Shown here one piece after another: positions 25,935 to 33,526 of a stretch of DNA of 46,821 nt. Each line of letters opens with the position of its first letter. The stretch's first letter is position 1. The notes under the pieces were generated by a model. It saw only the letters and a program-made list of their open reading frames with translations, was not told where the DNA came from and searched no databases. The stretch comes from Candidatus Staskawiczbacteria bacterium RIFOXYD1_FULL_32_13 (GTDB taxonomy: Bacteria; Patescibacteriota; Minisyncoccia; Minisyncoccales; Staskawiczbacteraceae). The stretch is from NCBI GenBank assembly GCA_001820485.1, contig MHPU01000026.1, positions 17,873 through 64,693 of the forward strand. The letters are read 5' to 3'. The translations under genes were made by a program, and so were the position numbers.

Positions 25935-27614
25935 TTATGCTATTTTAGATTGATAACATTCAAGGCAAGCAATTTTCTCAAAACCAAGCTCTGGGCTGTA
26001 ATAATGCTCAATGTCTTTTTTGCAAAAACAACAATTTCCTTTTTGCAAAGTTATCATATGACTAAATGGTTTAAATCGATCTAAAGTACGCCAATCAAAA
26101 TGCCTGCGTGGCAGTGGTATACCGTGCTCCTTATAAAATGCCAATTCATCTTTTGTAATATTATAACTTAATTTTGTTTCAGGACACAAAATGCGCTGCT
26201 TTGTAATATCATCTTGAACCTGTTCAATGCTATCTGGCAAATCATTAGCTGAAACAATGCTTTCATAATGTTGCTCTATTGACTCATCCCATTTGGTGCC
26301 AAATTTTATAGCTTCTTCTTTTGTCATAGGAAACATCATATTAGCTAAAGACAAATTATATCCGCAGTAAGCTGAAGACAAAGGCCAAAACTTTCCCCAC
26401 TCTCCTCTGCTATTCATATCAGCTTTAATTTTCTCAACTAAACTTTCATATCCTTCTTTGGAATATTGTTTATTTAAAATACAATATTTTTTCTTTCTCA
26501 TTCCCACACAACCAAAACAATATTCGCATTCTTCACAATTATCTAGATAAACAGAATATCTACACGAAGTAGTATATAAATTACATATATTACCATATGC
26601 CCCAAATTGATCCATTGCACCCAACACGCATTTTTCACATTGAAAAGCGCCAACTGAATCAATTGTTTCCTTGTTGCCAAATCCCCTAAAAATATGCCGA
26701 CAATTTTCTGATTCTTGTAAAAAATAAGACCTGTAACAATTTTTATCATTTTCAAGAAAATTTCCAGAGGAGTTTGCTGTCTTAGAGTTGTAATCTTGTC
26801 TGTGAACAGCATCCTGCCCAATATGTTGCCAAAATTCTCTCTTTAACTCATCAACCACTTTTCTTGATTTCAAGTTATATTCTTTTAATTTATTTTCATA
26901 TTCTTCTTTAGAATATTGCTGGTTTAAAATACAATATTTTTGATTACGCAAATTCCAGCACATAAAACAATTTTGACAGTTCCTACAGTCATACAAAAAT
27001 AAGCTATCCATGCAATCACGCGAATTAAAAGAATATTTTAAATTATAGCTTTTAAAACAATATAGGCAATCGAATGAACGCTCTAAATCAAAACAAAAAG
27101 TTAGATCAACAGAATTCTTACACCTTACCAACCGATATCCATAAATATTAGACTCAGACCATCCAACCGATCTTGTAAGATATTGATCCTTTGATTCCCA
27201 AACATCGTCGGCCCAATCACAGTTTGTATTTTTAGCTCCAACTTGATGGGGGTGTGGAACTTTTGATTGAAGCTCAACAAGCTGGTCAATAAACGGATAT
27301 GAAGCATCATAATCTTTTCCGTATGATAATGGTTCCCAAGCATCAGAAACAAATTCCGAACGATCATAAATTGGAAAAAGCACAGACTCGGAAAGAACAG
27401 TTATAATTGTTTTTCCACTCAAGGCTGACTTTGTAATTCTAAATTTTCCATTCACCCAAAAGGCCAACAGATATTTGAACCTACATTCTGGGCACATTGT
27501 GGGCATTGGCAAATCCATTTTTTCGTAAAACGGAATGTCATCTGCCAAAATATCAAAACTTTTATTACACTTTTCGCATTGTTTTGTTACTGGATTCATA
27601 AAATTTTTTATCAT
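25935..27614 (-). CDS. Cys-rich zinc-ribbon repeat protein (paralog B)
   Basis: CEKCNKSFDILADDIPFYEKMDLPMPTMCPECR. Internal CFMCWNLRNQKYCILNQQYSKEEY and CFGCVGMRKKKYCILNKQYSKEGY. Same architecture as 22897..24591. Confidence 0.6.
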   Translation of the reverse strand: MIKNFMNPVTKQCEKCNKSFDILADDIPFYEKMDLPMPTMCPECRFKYLLAFWVNGKFRITKSALSGKTIITVLSESVLFPIYDRSEFVSDAWEPLSYGKDYDASYPFIDQLVELQSKVPHPHQVGAKNTNCDWADDVWESKDQYLTRSVGWSESNIYGYRLVRCKNSVDLTFCFDLERSFDCLYCFKSYNLKYSFNSRDCMDSLFLYDCRNCQNCFMCWNLRNQKYCILNQQYSKEEYENKLKEYNLKSRKVVDELKREFWQHIGQDAVHRQDYNSKTANSSGNFLENDKNCYRSYFLQESENCRHIFRGFGNKETIDSVGAFQCEKCVLGAMDQFGAYGNICNLYTTSCRYSVYLDNCEECEYCFGCVGMRKKKYCILNKQYSKEGYESLVEKIKADMNSRGEWGKFWPLSSAYCGYNLSLANMMFPMTKEEAIKFGTKWDESIEQHYESIVSANDLPDSIEQVQDDITKQRILCPETKLSYNITKDELAFYKEHGIPLPRRHFDWRTLDRFKPFSHMITLQKGNCCFCKKDIEHYYSPELGFEKIACLECYQSKIA

Positions 27615-27654
27615 TTTCCATATTTTTTTATTTTTAATTTTAATAATATTAATT

Positions 27655-28962
27655 TTAGAAACTAAATTTCTCCCAATGTATATTAATATTATTTACTCCT
27701 AATTTTAAAAGCTGACTCTTTAATTTTATCATAAATGATGTGGGCCCACACAAAAATATTTCTTTATTTACAAAACCATTACTTAATTCTACAATTTTAT
27801 CTGCTGTGATTTGCCCTTTTTCTTCAGAGAACCAAGGCATTAATCTAAAAGACTTATTATTTTTTTCAATTTCTAATAATTCATCAAGTAAAATTGCTTC
27901 TGATTTATTTTTAACACAATAATATAGATCTGCTTTTTGATTTACATTGCCCAATCTTAAAGATCTTGCCATACTTAAAAATGGCGTTATTCCAATACCT
28001 CCCGCAATCCAAATTTGATTTTTATCTTTAAATTCTGTATAAGAAAATTTTCCAAAAGGACCTTTAATAAAAGCCTTCTCCCCCACTTTTAAATCTTTTA
28101 TTTTAGAACTATAATCTCCCAAAGACTTTATATTAAGCTCAATATTTTCTTTCTGAGAAATGGACGATACTGTAAATGGATGACTTTCAGAACTAATTCC
28201 TTTGCTTAAAAATCTCACAAAAACAAATTGACCTGGCATAAATTTTAAAGCATTTGATTTTGGAGATAATTCAATTTGTGTGATATTTTCAGTTAACTTA
28301 TTTACTTTACTTACATAATATTCTAAACCTTGAAAAAAAATTTTATCTGCCAGCAAATTATACAAACTTAAAGCTAAGGCAAAAAATGAAAATCCTAACA
28401 TATAATATCTTAAAAATAAATCCCTTGAAATATCACTTTCTATCATAAAACTATGCAAAACTGCGAAAATAAAAGCTAAGATCAAAAATCTATGAGAAAA
28501 AAGCCAGATTTGGTACTTTAACTTTATATAAAGCGTCAAAATTATAAGTAAAATCATTAAAGCTAAAGCATAAATCCCAAAGCCAATAGCATCAAACCCT
28601 CGTGGGATAAAAAATATTACAGCTGAATTTAAAGAAAATTGCAAGTATTCAACTACCAATAATAAAGGATGAAATAAAATTAAACAAAAACCAATAGCTC
28701 CAATCTTGCTATGAATATTTAAAGCATCTGGAAGACCAAAAAATATTTTATCTATAAATTTAAATTTACTACCAGTTATCAAACTTAAGGCAAACAAAAT
28801 CATCCCTAAAAGGCCTGTAATTTGCCCCAAACTTGTAGCTATAGCTCCAATATCAGCAAATCTAGAATTCAATGGTACAATAAAAAACCATCTTAAAACC
28901 GGTATTAGCACTAAAACCATAATTAAAATCCATCCAATATTTTTTTTAATATAATTATTCAT
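27655..28962 (-). CDS. Ferric-reductase/NOX-family membrane flavocytochrome-like oxidoreductase
   Basis: N-terminal 6-TM domain with paired His residues (HSKIG..FH; SHRF..LH). FAD motif HPFTVSS and NAD(P) motif GGIGITPF. Confidence 0.75.
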   Translation of the reverse strand: MNNYIKKNIGWILIMVLVLIPVLRWFFIVPLNSRFADIGAIATSLGQITGLLGMILFALSLITGSKFKFIDKIFFGLPDALNIHSKIGAIGFCLILFHPLLLVVEYLQFSLNSAVIFFIPRGFDAIGFGIYALALMILLIILTLYIKLKYQIWLFSHRFLILAFIFAVLHSFMIESDISRDLFLRYYMLGFSFFALALSLYNLLADKIFFQGLEYYVSKVNKLTENITQIELSPKSNALKFMPGQFVFVRFLSKGISSESHPFTVSSISQKENIELNIKSLGDYSSKIKDLKVGEKAFIKGPFGKFSYTEFKDKNQIWIAGGIGITPFLSMARSLRLGNVNQKADLYYCVKNKSEAILLDELLEIEKNNKSFRLMPWFSEEKGQITADKIVELSNGFVNKEIFLCGPTSFMIKLKSQLLKLGVNNINIHWEKFSF

Positions 28963-28997
28963 TTTTTATATTTATTATTTTACTACATTTAGCAGGT

Positions 28998-29026
28998 AAA
29001 GAAAAGGCGCGTTGCAAAAGCGCGCC
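28998..29026 (-). terminator. Intrinsic terminator after the 62-aa ORF
   Basis: GC stem GGCGCG/CGCGCC (29006-29026), followed on the minus strand by TTTTCTTT. Confidence 0.65.
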
Positions 29027-29028
29027 CA

Positions 29029-29217
29029 TCACTTCTCATCTTGTTTCCCTTTACGGCTATAATGTGTAATTATAACCTTTTCTTCCTCTCCCTCAGGAAG
29101 CTCCTCTGTTCTAGGCCATGGAGTTTTCCCTTGAGACTCATTTTTTTCATAAAACTTCCTAAGCCTATCCACTCTAGCAGGATTATGTGGCCGTGCTTCA
29201 TCTCTTGCTTTTGCCAT
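29029..29217 (-). CDS. Small charged protein (62 aa), unknown function
   Basis: It has its own palindromic operator-like site upstream and a terminator downstream. Its composition is GC-richer than the genome. Confidence 0.4.
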   Translation of the reverse strand: MAKARDEARPHNPARVDRLRKFYEKNESQGKTPWPRTEELPEGEEEKVIITHYSRKGKQDEK

Positions 29218-29270
29218 AACAAGCTCCCTACAAAAGTATAAAAGAACAAAAAAACAATTTATTTCACTTT

Positions 29271-29290
29271 AGGTTACCATATGGTAACCT
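29271..29290. promoter_or_regulatory. Perfect 20-bp palindrome (operator candidate)
   Basis: AGGTTACCAT|ATGGTAACCT, 54 bp upstream of the 62-aa ORF start. On the minus strand it sits just downstream of a TATAAA element. Confidence 0.5.
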
Positions 29291-29454
29291 GATATTTTAT
29301 AATTAACTACGCGATATATGATAAATAACAAATAATATATAAATTTAATTTAATTTATTTTAATTTATTGTTTTACTTTACCTCTTTTGCCTTACAAATT
29401 CAACCCTTCGATTCACTTCGTTCACTCAGGGCAAGGCAAATAAGAAATGCAAGC

Positions 29455-29477
29455 AAAAAGGAAAGCAAAATGCTTCC
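29455..29477 (-). terminator. Intrinsic terminator after the 53-aa ORF
   Basis: On the minus strand: GGAAGCA-UUU-UGCUUUCC, then TTTTT. It is preceded by a second 8-bp hairpin, CACTCTGG/CCAGAGTG (29483-29505). Confidence 0.55.
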
Positions 29478-29530
29478 CTTGCCACTCTGGCAATATTCCA
29501 GAGTGACCATTTTTTTCTCTCACCCCTACT

Positions 29531-29692
29531 CTAGGAGCGACGTTGACGCCGTGGCTTCCTGCCACGACGCTTCGAGGGTTGGGACAAATACGTCCCATCC
29601 TTAAGTCCGTAAAATTGCGCGTACGACACGGGACGGAATGTCCCCCGACGAGTCTGCAAAGACCCGACCCTTCCAGAAACCCTCGCCATCAT
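29531..29692 (-). CDS. Small Arg-rich protein (53 aa), below the ORF-track size cutoff
   Basis: AAGGAG at 29697-29702 precedes ATGATG. Translation: MMARVSGRVGSLQTRRGTFRPVSYAQFYGLKDGTYLSQPSKRRGRKPRRQRRS, stop TAG at 29531-29533. It has its own promoter and terminator. Arg is encoded mostly by CGN, unlike the rest of the window. Confidence 0.4.
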   Translation of the reverse strand: MMARVSGRVGSLQTRRGTFRPVSYAQFYGLKDGTYLSQPSKRRGRKPRRQRRS

Positions 29693-29793
29693 AACACTCC
29701 TTGCTCTTTTTTCTTCCTTGAAACTTGGTTTGCTAGGCGCTTTCTTGCACCACAGCGGAAAAAGAAACTCACTTAAGGAAATTTACAATTTAG

Positions 29794-29822
29794 ATTATAA
29801 ACTTTCTTAAAAGGATTTTCAA
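29794..29822 (-). promoter_or_regulatory. Near-consensus promoter (TTGAAA-17 nt-TATAAT) for the 53-aa ORF unit
   Basis: Read on the minus strand, TTGAAA is at 29822-29817 and TATAAT at 29799-29794, with an exact 17-nt spacer. Confidence 0.55.
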
Positions 29823-29887
29823 TATCTATAACTTAATTATATCATAATAAAATAAACCTGTCAATAGTCAAGCCTATTTTTACAATA

Positions 29888-30889
29888 TTATTTTACTAGA
29901 TTCTGAGGATTACCAGAAATAAAATTATTTATGTTTTCTACTGTTGTATCTAAAATTCTTTCCAAAGCTTCTTGGCTATAAAAAGCAATATGAGGAGTAA
30001 AAACTACATTGTCTTTATTAAGAAGCTCGTGATCTCGCATTATTTGGCCAAAGTATTCGGCTTTTTTAGGATCTGATAATAATTGTTTTTCTTCTTTAAT
30101 TAATTCCTCACCTTCTAGTACATCAAGACCAACACCTGCTAATATTTTTTTATCTAAAGCTTCAATTAAAGCTTGAGTATCTACAATCCCCCCTCTTGAT
30201 GTGTTAATTAAAATTGCTCCTTTTTTAATTTTTTTAATTGAATCTTTATTTATTAAATGATGAGTATTTTCATTATCCGGAACATGCAAAGAAATTATAT
30301 CAGAATTTGCTAAAACTTCAGGTAAAGAAGCGTATTTAAAATGCAACACTTCAGCTAAAAAATTATCTGGTTTTGAATCATAAGCTAAAACATGCATACT
30401 AAAACTTTTAGCAATTCTTATTACATGCATACCAATGTTCCCTGCTCCAACAATTCCTAGAGTTTTTCCCTTTAAATCAAAGCCTTTTAAACCTTCTATT
30501 GAATAATCTTGTTTTAAAGTTCTTACATAAGCTTTATGCACATTGCGAGATAAAGCTAAAATCAATGCAAAAGTATGTTCAGCTACAGTATTTTCACCAT
30601 AATAAGGCACATTGCAAACAGTAATTTTTTTATTTCTACATTCTTTTACATCTATATGGTCAAAACCAGTTGATCTAGTTGCCAACATTTTTAAATTTGG
30701 CAAACTATTAATAATCTCTTTATTCATTTTAGAATAAATAAATATAGAAATTATATCAAATTTTTCTGATTTTTTAATATCAGTAAAATTAAAAGTATCT
30801 TGAAAAAATTCTAAATTATTATTTTTTAACTTCTTTTGTAAATATTTCTTTTCCCAATCTTTAATCTCAAAAAATGCAATTTTGCTCAT
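29888..30889 (-). CDS. D-isomer-specific 2-hydroxyacid dehydrogenase (D-lactate dehydrogenase-like)
   Basis: NAD motif GIVGAGNIG. Catalytic R/E/H contexts TSRGGIVD, LDVLEGE and FTPHIAF. Confidence 0.85.
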   Translation of the reverse strand: MSKIAFFEIKDWEKKYLQKKLKNNNLEFFQDTFNFTDIKKSEKFDIISIFIYSKMNKEIINSLPNLKMLATRSTGFDHIDVKECRNKKITVCNVPYYGENTVAEHTFALILALSRNVHKAYVRTLKQDYSIEGLKGFDLKGKTLGIVGAGNIGMHVIRIAKSFSMHVLAYDSKPDNFLAEVLHFKYASLPEVLANSDIISLHVPDNENTHHLINKDSIKKIKKGAILINTSRGGIVDTQALIEALDKKILAGVGLDVLEGEELIKEEKQLLSDPKKAEYFGQIMRDHELLNKDNVVFTPHIAFYSQEALERILDTTVENINNFISGNPQNLVK

Positions 30890-30921
30890 GTATATTTAAT
30901 ATATTAATTATAAATATATTG

Positions 30922-30993
30922 TGCCCTCGGTAGGAGTCGAACCTGCATTACAACGTCCGCAACGTTGCGTCCTATCCATTGAACGACGAGGGC
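30922..30993 (-). tRNA. tRNA-Arg (anticodon GCG by manual fold)
   Basis: Minus strand GCCCTCG..GTTC-AATGGATA-GGAC..CAACG-TTGCGGA-CGTTG..GCAGG-TTCGACT-CCTAC-CGAGGGC-A. Cloverleaf with one C-A mismatch in the T stem. No encoded CCA. Confidence 0.75.
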
Positions 30994-30996
30994 TAA

Positions 30997-31018
30997 ATTC
31001 TGCGTAGAGGATTAAACC
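30997..31018. repeat. Degenerate direct repeat of the tRNA-Ser(GCU) 3' end plus trailer (att-remnant candidate)
   Basis: ATTCTGCGTAGAGG(----)ATTAAACC compared with ATTCTGCGGAGAGGGTGGGATTTGAACC at 38760-38787. The first 14 nt match 13/14. It lies 3 nt from the tRNA-Arg 5' end. Confidence 0.5.
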
Positions 31019-31112
31019 AAATTAGAACCTCTATTGAGGAAGAAATCCAATCCACTATTTAAAATCTTATCATAAAATCAATAAGAAAGAAAATTGATAT
31101 AATTTTTTTTGA

Positions 31113-31631
31113 CTATTTACCAACCAATTGACAGTTTCCATCTCTAAATTTATTACCAGCTATTATTTTTTGCATTTCTTCAGAATTAAAATCATTCCCA
31201 TTTTTAAATACCTCATCAAGAGCTTCTTCTTCACTAAGACTATGTATCCTTCCAAGAATAAACTCCTCTGTCGGTCCTTGAAGTGATAGTGTTACGCCTA
31301 TAGGAACTTCACTAGAAATATCTTTTTGCTCTATTTTATCAGCTTTTAATGCCTTTAAAAATGTTTGACCTTTAGAATAACCGAATAAAAATAATCTTTC
31401 TGCTTCATTTGTATCATTAATATGCGAAGCCCAAACTGAACAAGAAAAAGCACCCCACATCTGAGATCCCATTATAGCATATTCTTTTGAGCTTAATGTA
31501 AGAGCAGTATTTTTTTGTTCAAAATTTGTTATTTCAGAACTCGGACTCTTATAAAACGATAACCAAACACTGCTAACAATTATTGCTGTAATAGAAATTG
31601 CCACTACTATTTCGATTTTTTTGGATTGCAT
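31113..31631 (-). CDS. Membrane-anchored hypothetical protein
   Basis: N-terminal TM segment (IVVAISITAIIVSSVWL). No recognised motif. Confidence 0.4.
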   Translation of the reverse strand: MQSKKIEIVVAISITAIIVSSVWLSFYKSPSSEITNFEQKNTALTLSSKEYAIMGSQMWGAFSCSVWASHINDTNEAERLFLFGYSKGQTFLKALKADKIEQKDISSEVPIGVTLSLQGPTEEFILGRIHSLSEEEALDEVFKNGNDFNSEEMQKIIAGNKFRDGNCQLVGK

Positions 31632-31723
31632 AAATTATAAAAAGCTTAATTTAATAATTTAGATATATAAATCTAAATAAAATAAAGCTTATATTTAAGA
31701 TTAAATTTTATTCACTTAATAAT

Positions 31724-32224
31724 TTAATTTATTTTTCTAATATTTATAGCTTCCTCCACCGCGTCAGAAATATATTTTGAAATCCATTCATATCTTTCTT
31801 TGCTATTTTCCCCAGAAGGATTATAACATTTTACAATAGATGATAATTTTCTGCCTGTATTGCCATAGCCTATATAATCAAATGGATTATCGCCTCTTTC
31901 AGTAATAAATCCTTTACTATTTTTTAAACCATGTATGTATATTCCAACAACGCCCATTCCCTTATCCCATGACTTTATTATTTCATAATTTATCCATTTT
32001 CTATTTGCAGTTTGATTCCCAACAAGAACAATTGTACATGATCTATAATCCATTTGATTATTTATCCACCTCTTAATTGCTTCATCTTTACCTGCTTTAA
32101 TTTTCTCCCAATCATTATCAGGTGCTGGCTTATTTCCCTCAATGACGCCTATATTGCGAACCATTGATGCACGCCAACAATCAGGGCTATAGTGAAAACT
32201 ATAAAATACTTGTCTTTTTGCCAT
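31724..32224 (-). CDS. TIR-like domain protein (DUF1863/MTH538 type, Thoeris ThsB-like)
   Basis: MAKRQVFYSFHYSPDCWRASMVRN..., TIVLVGNQTANRKWINYEI (conserved Glu) and GDNPFDYIGY. This pattern matches my recollection of ThsB-type TIR proteins. Confidence 0.7.
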   Translation of the reverse strand: MAKRQVFYSFHYSPDCWRASMVRNIGVIEGNKPAPDNDWEKIKAGKDEAIKRWINNQMDYRSCTIVLVGNQTANRKWINYEIIKSWDKGMGVVGIYIHGLKNSKGFITERGDNPFDYIGYGNTGRKLSSIVKCYNPSGENSKERYEWISKYISDAVEEAINIRKIN

Positions 32225-32228
32225 ATTT

Positions 32229-32630
32229 TTAATTTATTAAATATGTAATTAATATCATAATAAAAATTAATACACCATAAAACCACAATAATGTAGAAGA
32301 AAACATTGAATATGCCCAACTATTTCTATCTATACTTTTATATTTTTCTATATCCATCGAAAAATCAATATCCTTTTCATTTAATTTCCTAACATGATTA
32401 TATAAAGATCTAAATAATCTCTCTTGTGAAAGAAAATAACCATCAAGAATCCAAAATACAATAACTATTAAATACGCAATAAAAATATATTCTTTATTTA
32501 TAGGTTGTGTAGACCATGCAAAAAGAGCAGTAATAATCGTTATAACCCAACCTTTCAAGAAAAATAAATTACCAGCCATTCTATCTATAATGTTTTGTAT
32601 AAACTCTAAATGTTTTTGTTTGTTTTCCAT
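32229..32630 (-). CDS. Small 3-TM membrane protein (candidate effector; SLATT-like is a hypothesis)
   Basis: Amphipathic N-terminus HLEFIQNIIDRMAGN. TM segments at about residues 22-40, 48-67 and 111-131. FWILDGYFLSQERLFRSLYNHV follows TM2. Its stop is 4 nt before the TIR gene ATG. Confidence 0.5.
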   Translation of the reverse strand: MENKQKHLEFIQNIIDRMAGNLFFLKGWVITIITALFAWSTQPINKEYIFIAYLIVIVFWILDGYFLSQERLFRSLYNHVRKLNEKDIDFSMDIEKYKSIDRNSWAYSMFSSTLLWFYGVLIFIMILITYLIN

Positions 32631-32926
32631 AAAATAAAAAGTATTTTATAATATTTATTAACTTATATAAGTATATTTTATCTTATATTATTCTACTTGT
32701 TTTATTATAAAAATACAAATTATAAAGCTTTATAAGTGGCTTATAGGGCTTTATCTTAAATTGGCTTGCTTTCTTTTTATCCTTTGTTATTAGATAAATT
32801 ATAAAATTTATAGGTACACCCTCTAATCTTAAAAAATGCTGTTATATATGTTATAAAAATATACTTAAGAAAACTCAAAAAGGCATAGACAATCTAGAGA
32901 ATCTCTAATAGTTAAGAAGTCTTTGC

Positions 32927-32950
32927 AAAAATCGGCTTAAGCCGATTTTT
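32927..32950. terminator. Perfect 24-bp palindromic hairpin with A/T tracts (bidirectional terminator)
   Basis: AAAAATCGGCTT|AAGCCGATTTTT. It overlaps the stop codon of 32937..33218. Confidence 0.65.
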
Positions 32951-33218
32951 GTTTCTTTTCGTTTAACCAATAAATTGCATAGCTAATAAGCCCGACATCA
33001 ATAATCAATTTAATGCCATTATACCTGCTATGACACAAACCATCGGGTTCTTGGCTTTGTGATAAATACCCCGCTAGATCACTATTTTTTTGTTCTACGG
33101 CAGTTTGCAACATAATATTACAGACAGAATTTTTTTCATGCACATCATAAAAACCCCAAACAAGGTGAACAATAGAGCTTGTTAAAATAGTAATATAAAA
33201 TAATTTATTCCAATTCAT
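32937..33218 (-). CDS. Small membrane protein (93 aa), unknown
   Basis: Hydrophobic N-terminal and C-terminal segments. Preceded by a long, structured, GC-richer leader. Confidence 0.4.
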   Translation of the reverse strand: MNWNKLFYITILTSSIVHLVWGFYDVHEKNSVCNIMLQTAVEQKNSDLAGYLSQSQEPDGLCHSRYNGIKLIIDVGLISYAIYWLNEKKQKSA

Positions 33219-33526
33219 ATTTAGTAAAATTTACTAATAATTATACAAATTGTCGCCTTTCGACCTAAACAAAAAGGGACAACCTTACTTCTGGTCGCCC
33301 CACAATTTTTGCCCCAAAGGGTTCCAATCATGAGCAGTTTCAGGTTGCCCCTTATTACTCGTGATTGGAAAACACAAAAACAGACCTCTTTGGGAAATAT
33401 AAATTGTAGAGCGACACTTTTAATATATCACACAAATAAATCCGTGTAAAATCAAAAATTATTTTAATCATTTTCTTTATTCAAATATTTTCTTTGTGTT
33501 CGTTATCTTGGGGGGAAAATCGTGAC

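Noticed and set aside
29368-29776. Plus-strand track ORFs 29368..29604 and 29543..29776 in the GC island.
   Set aside because: There is no promoter or SD, and the translations look like repeat read-through (FDSLRSLRARQIRN...). The minus strand carries a complete promoter-SD-ORF-terminator unit instead.
29370-29790. RNase P RNA or tmRNA as the explanation for the GC-rich ~400 nt.
   Set aside because: There is no GAGGAAAGUCC / ACAGAANCCGGCUUA-type P4 strands with proper spacing. There is also no tRNA-like 3' end (GGUUCGA..CCA) and no GGGG 5' end for tmRNA. Only an AAGUCCG heptamer matches.
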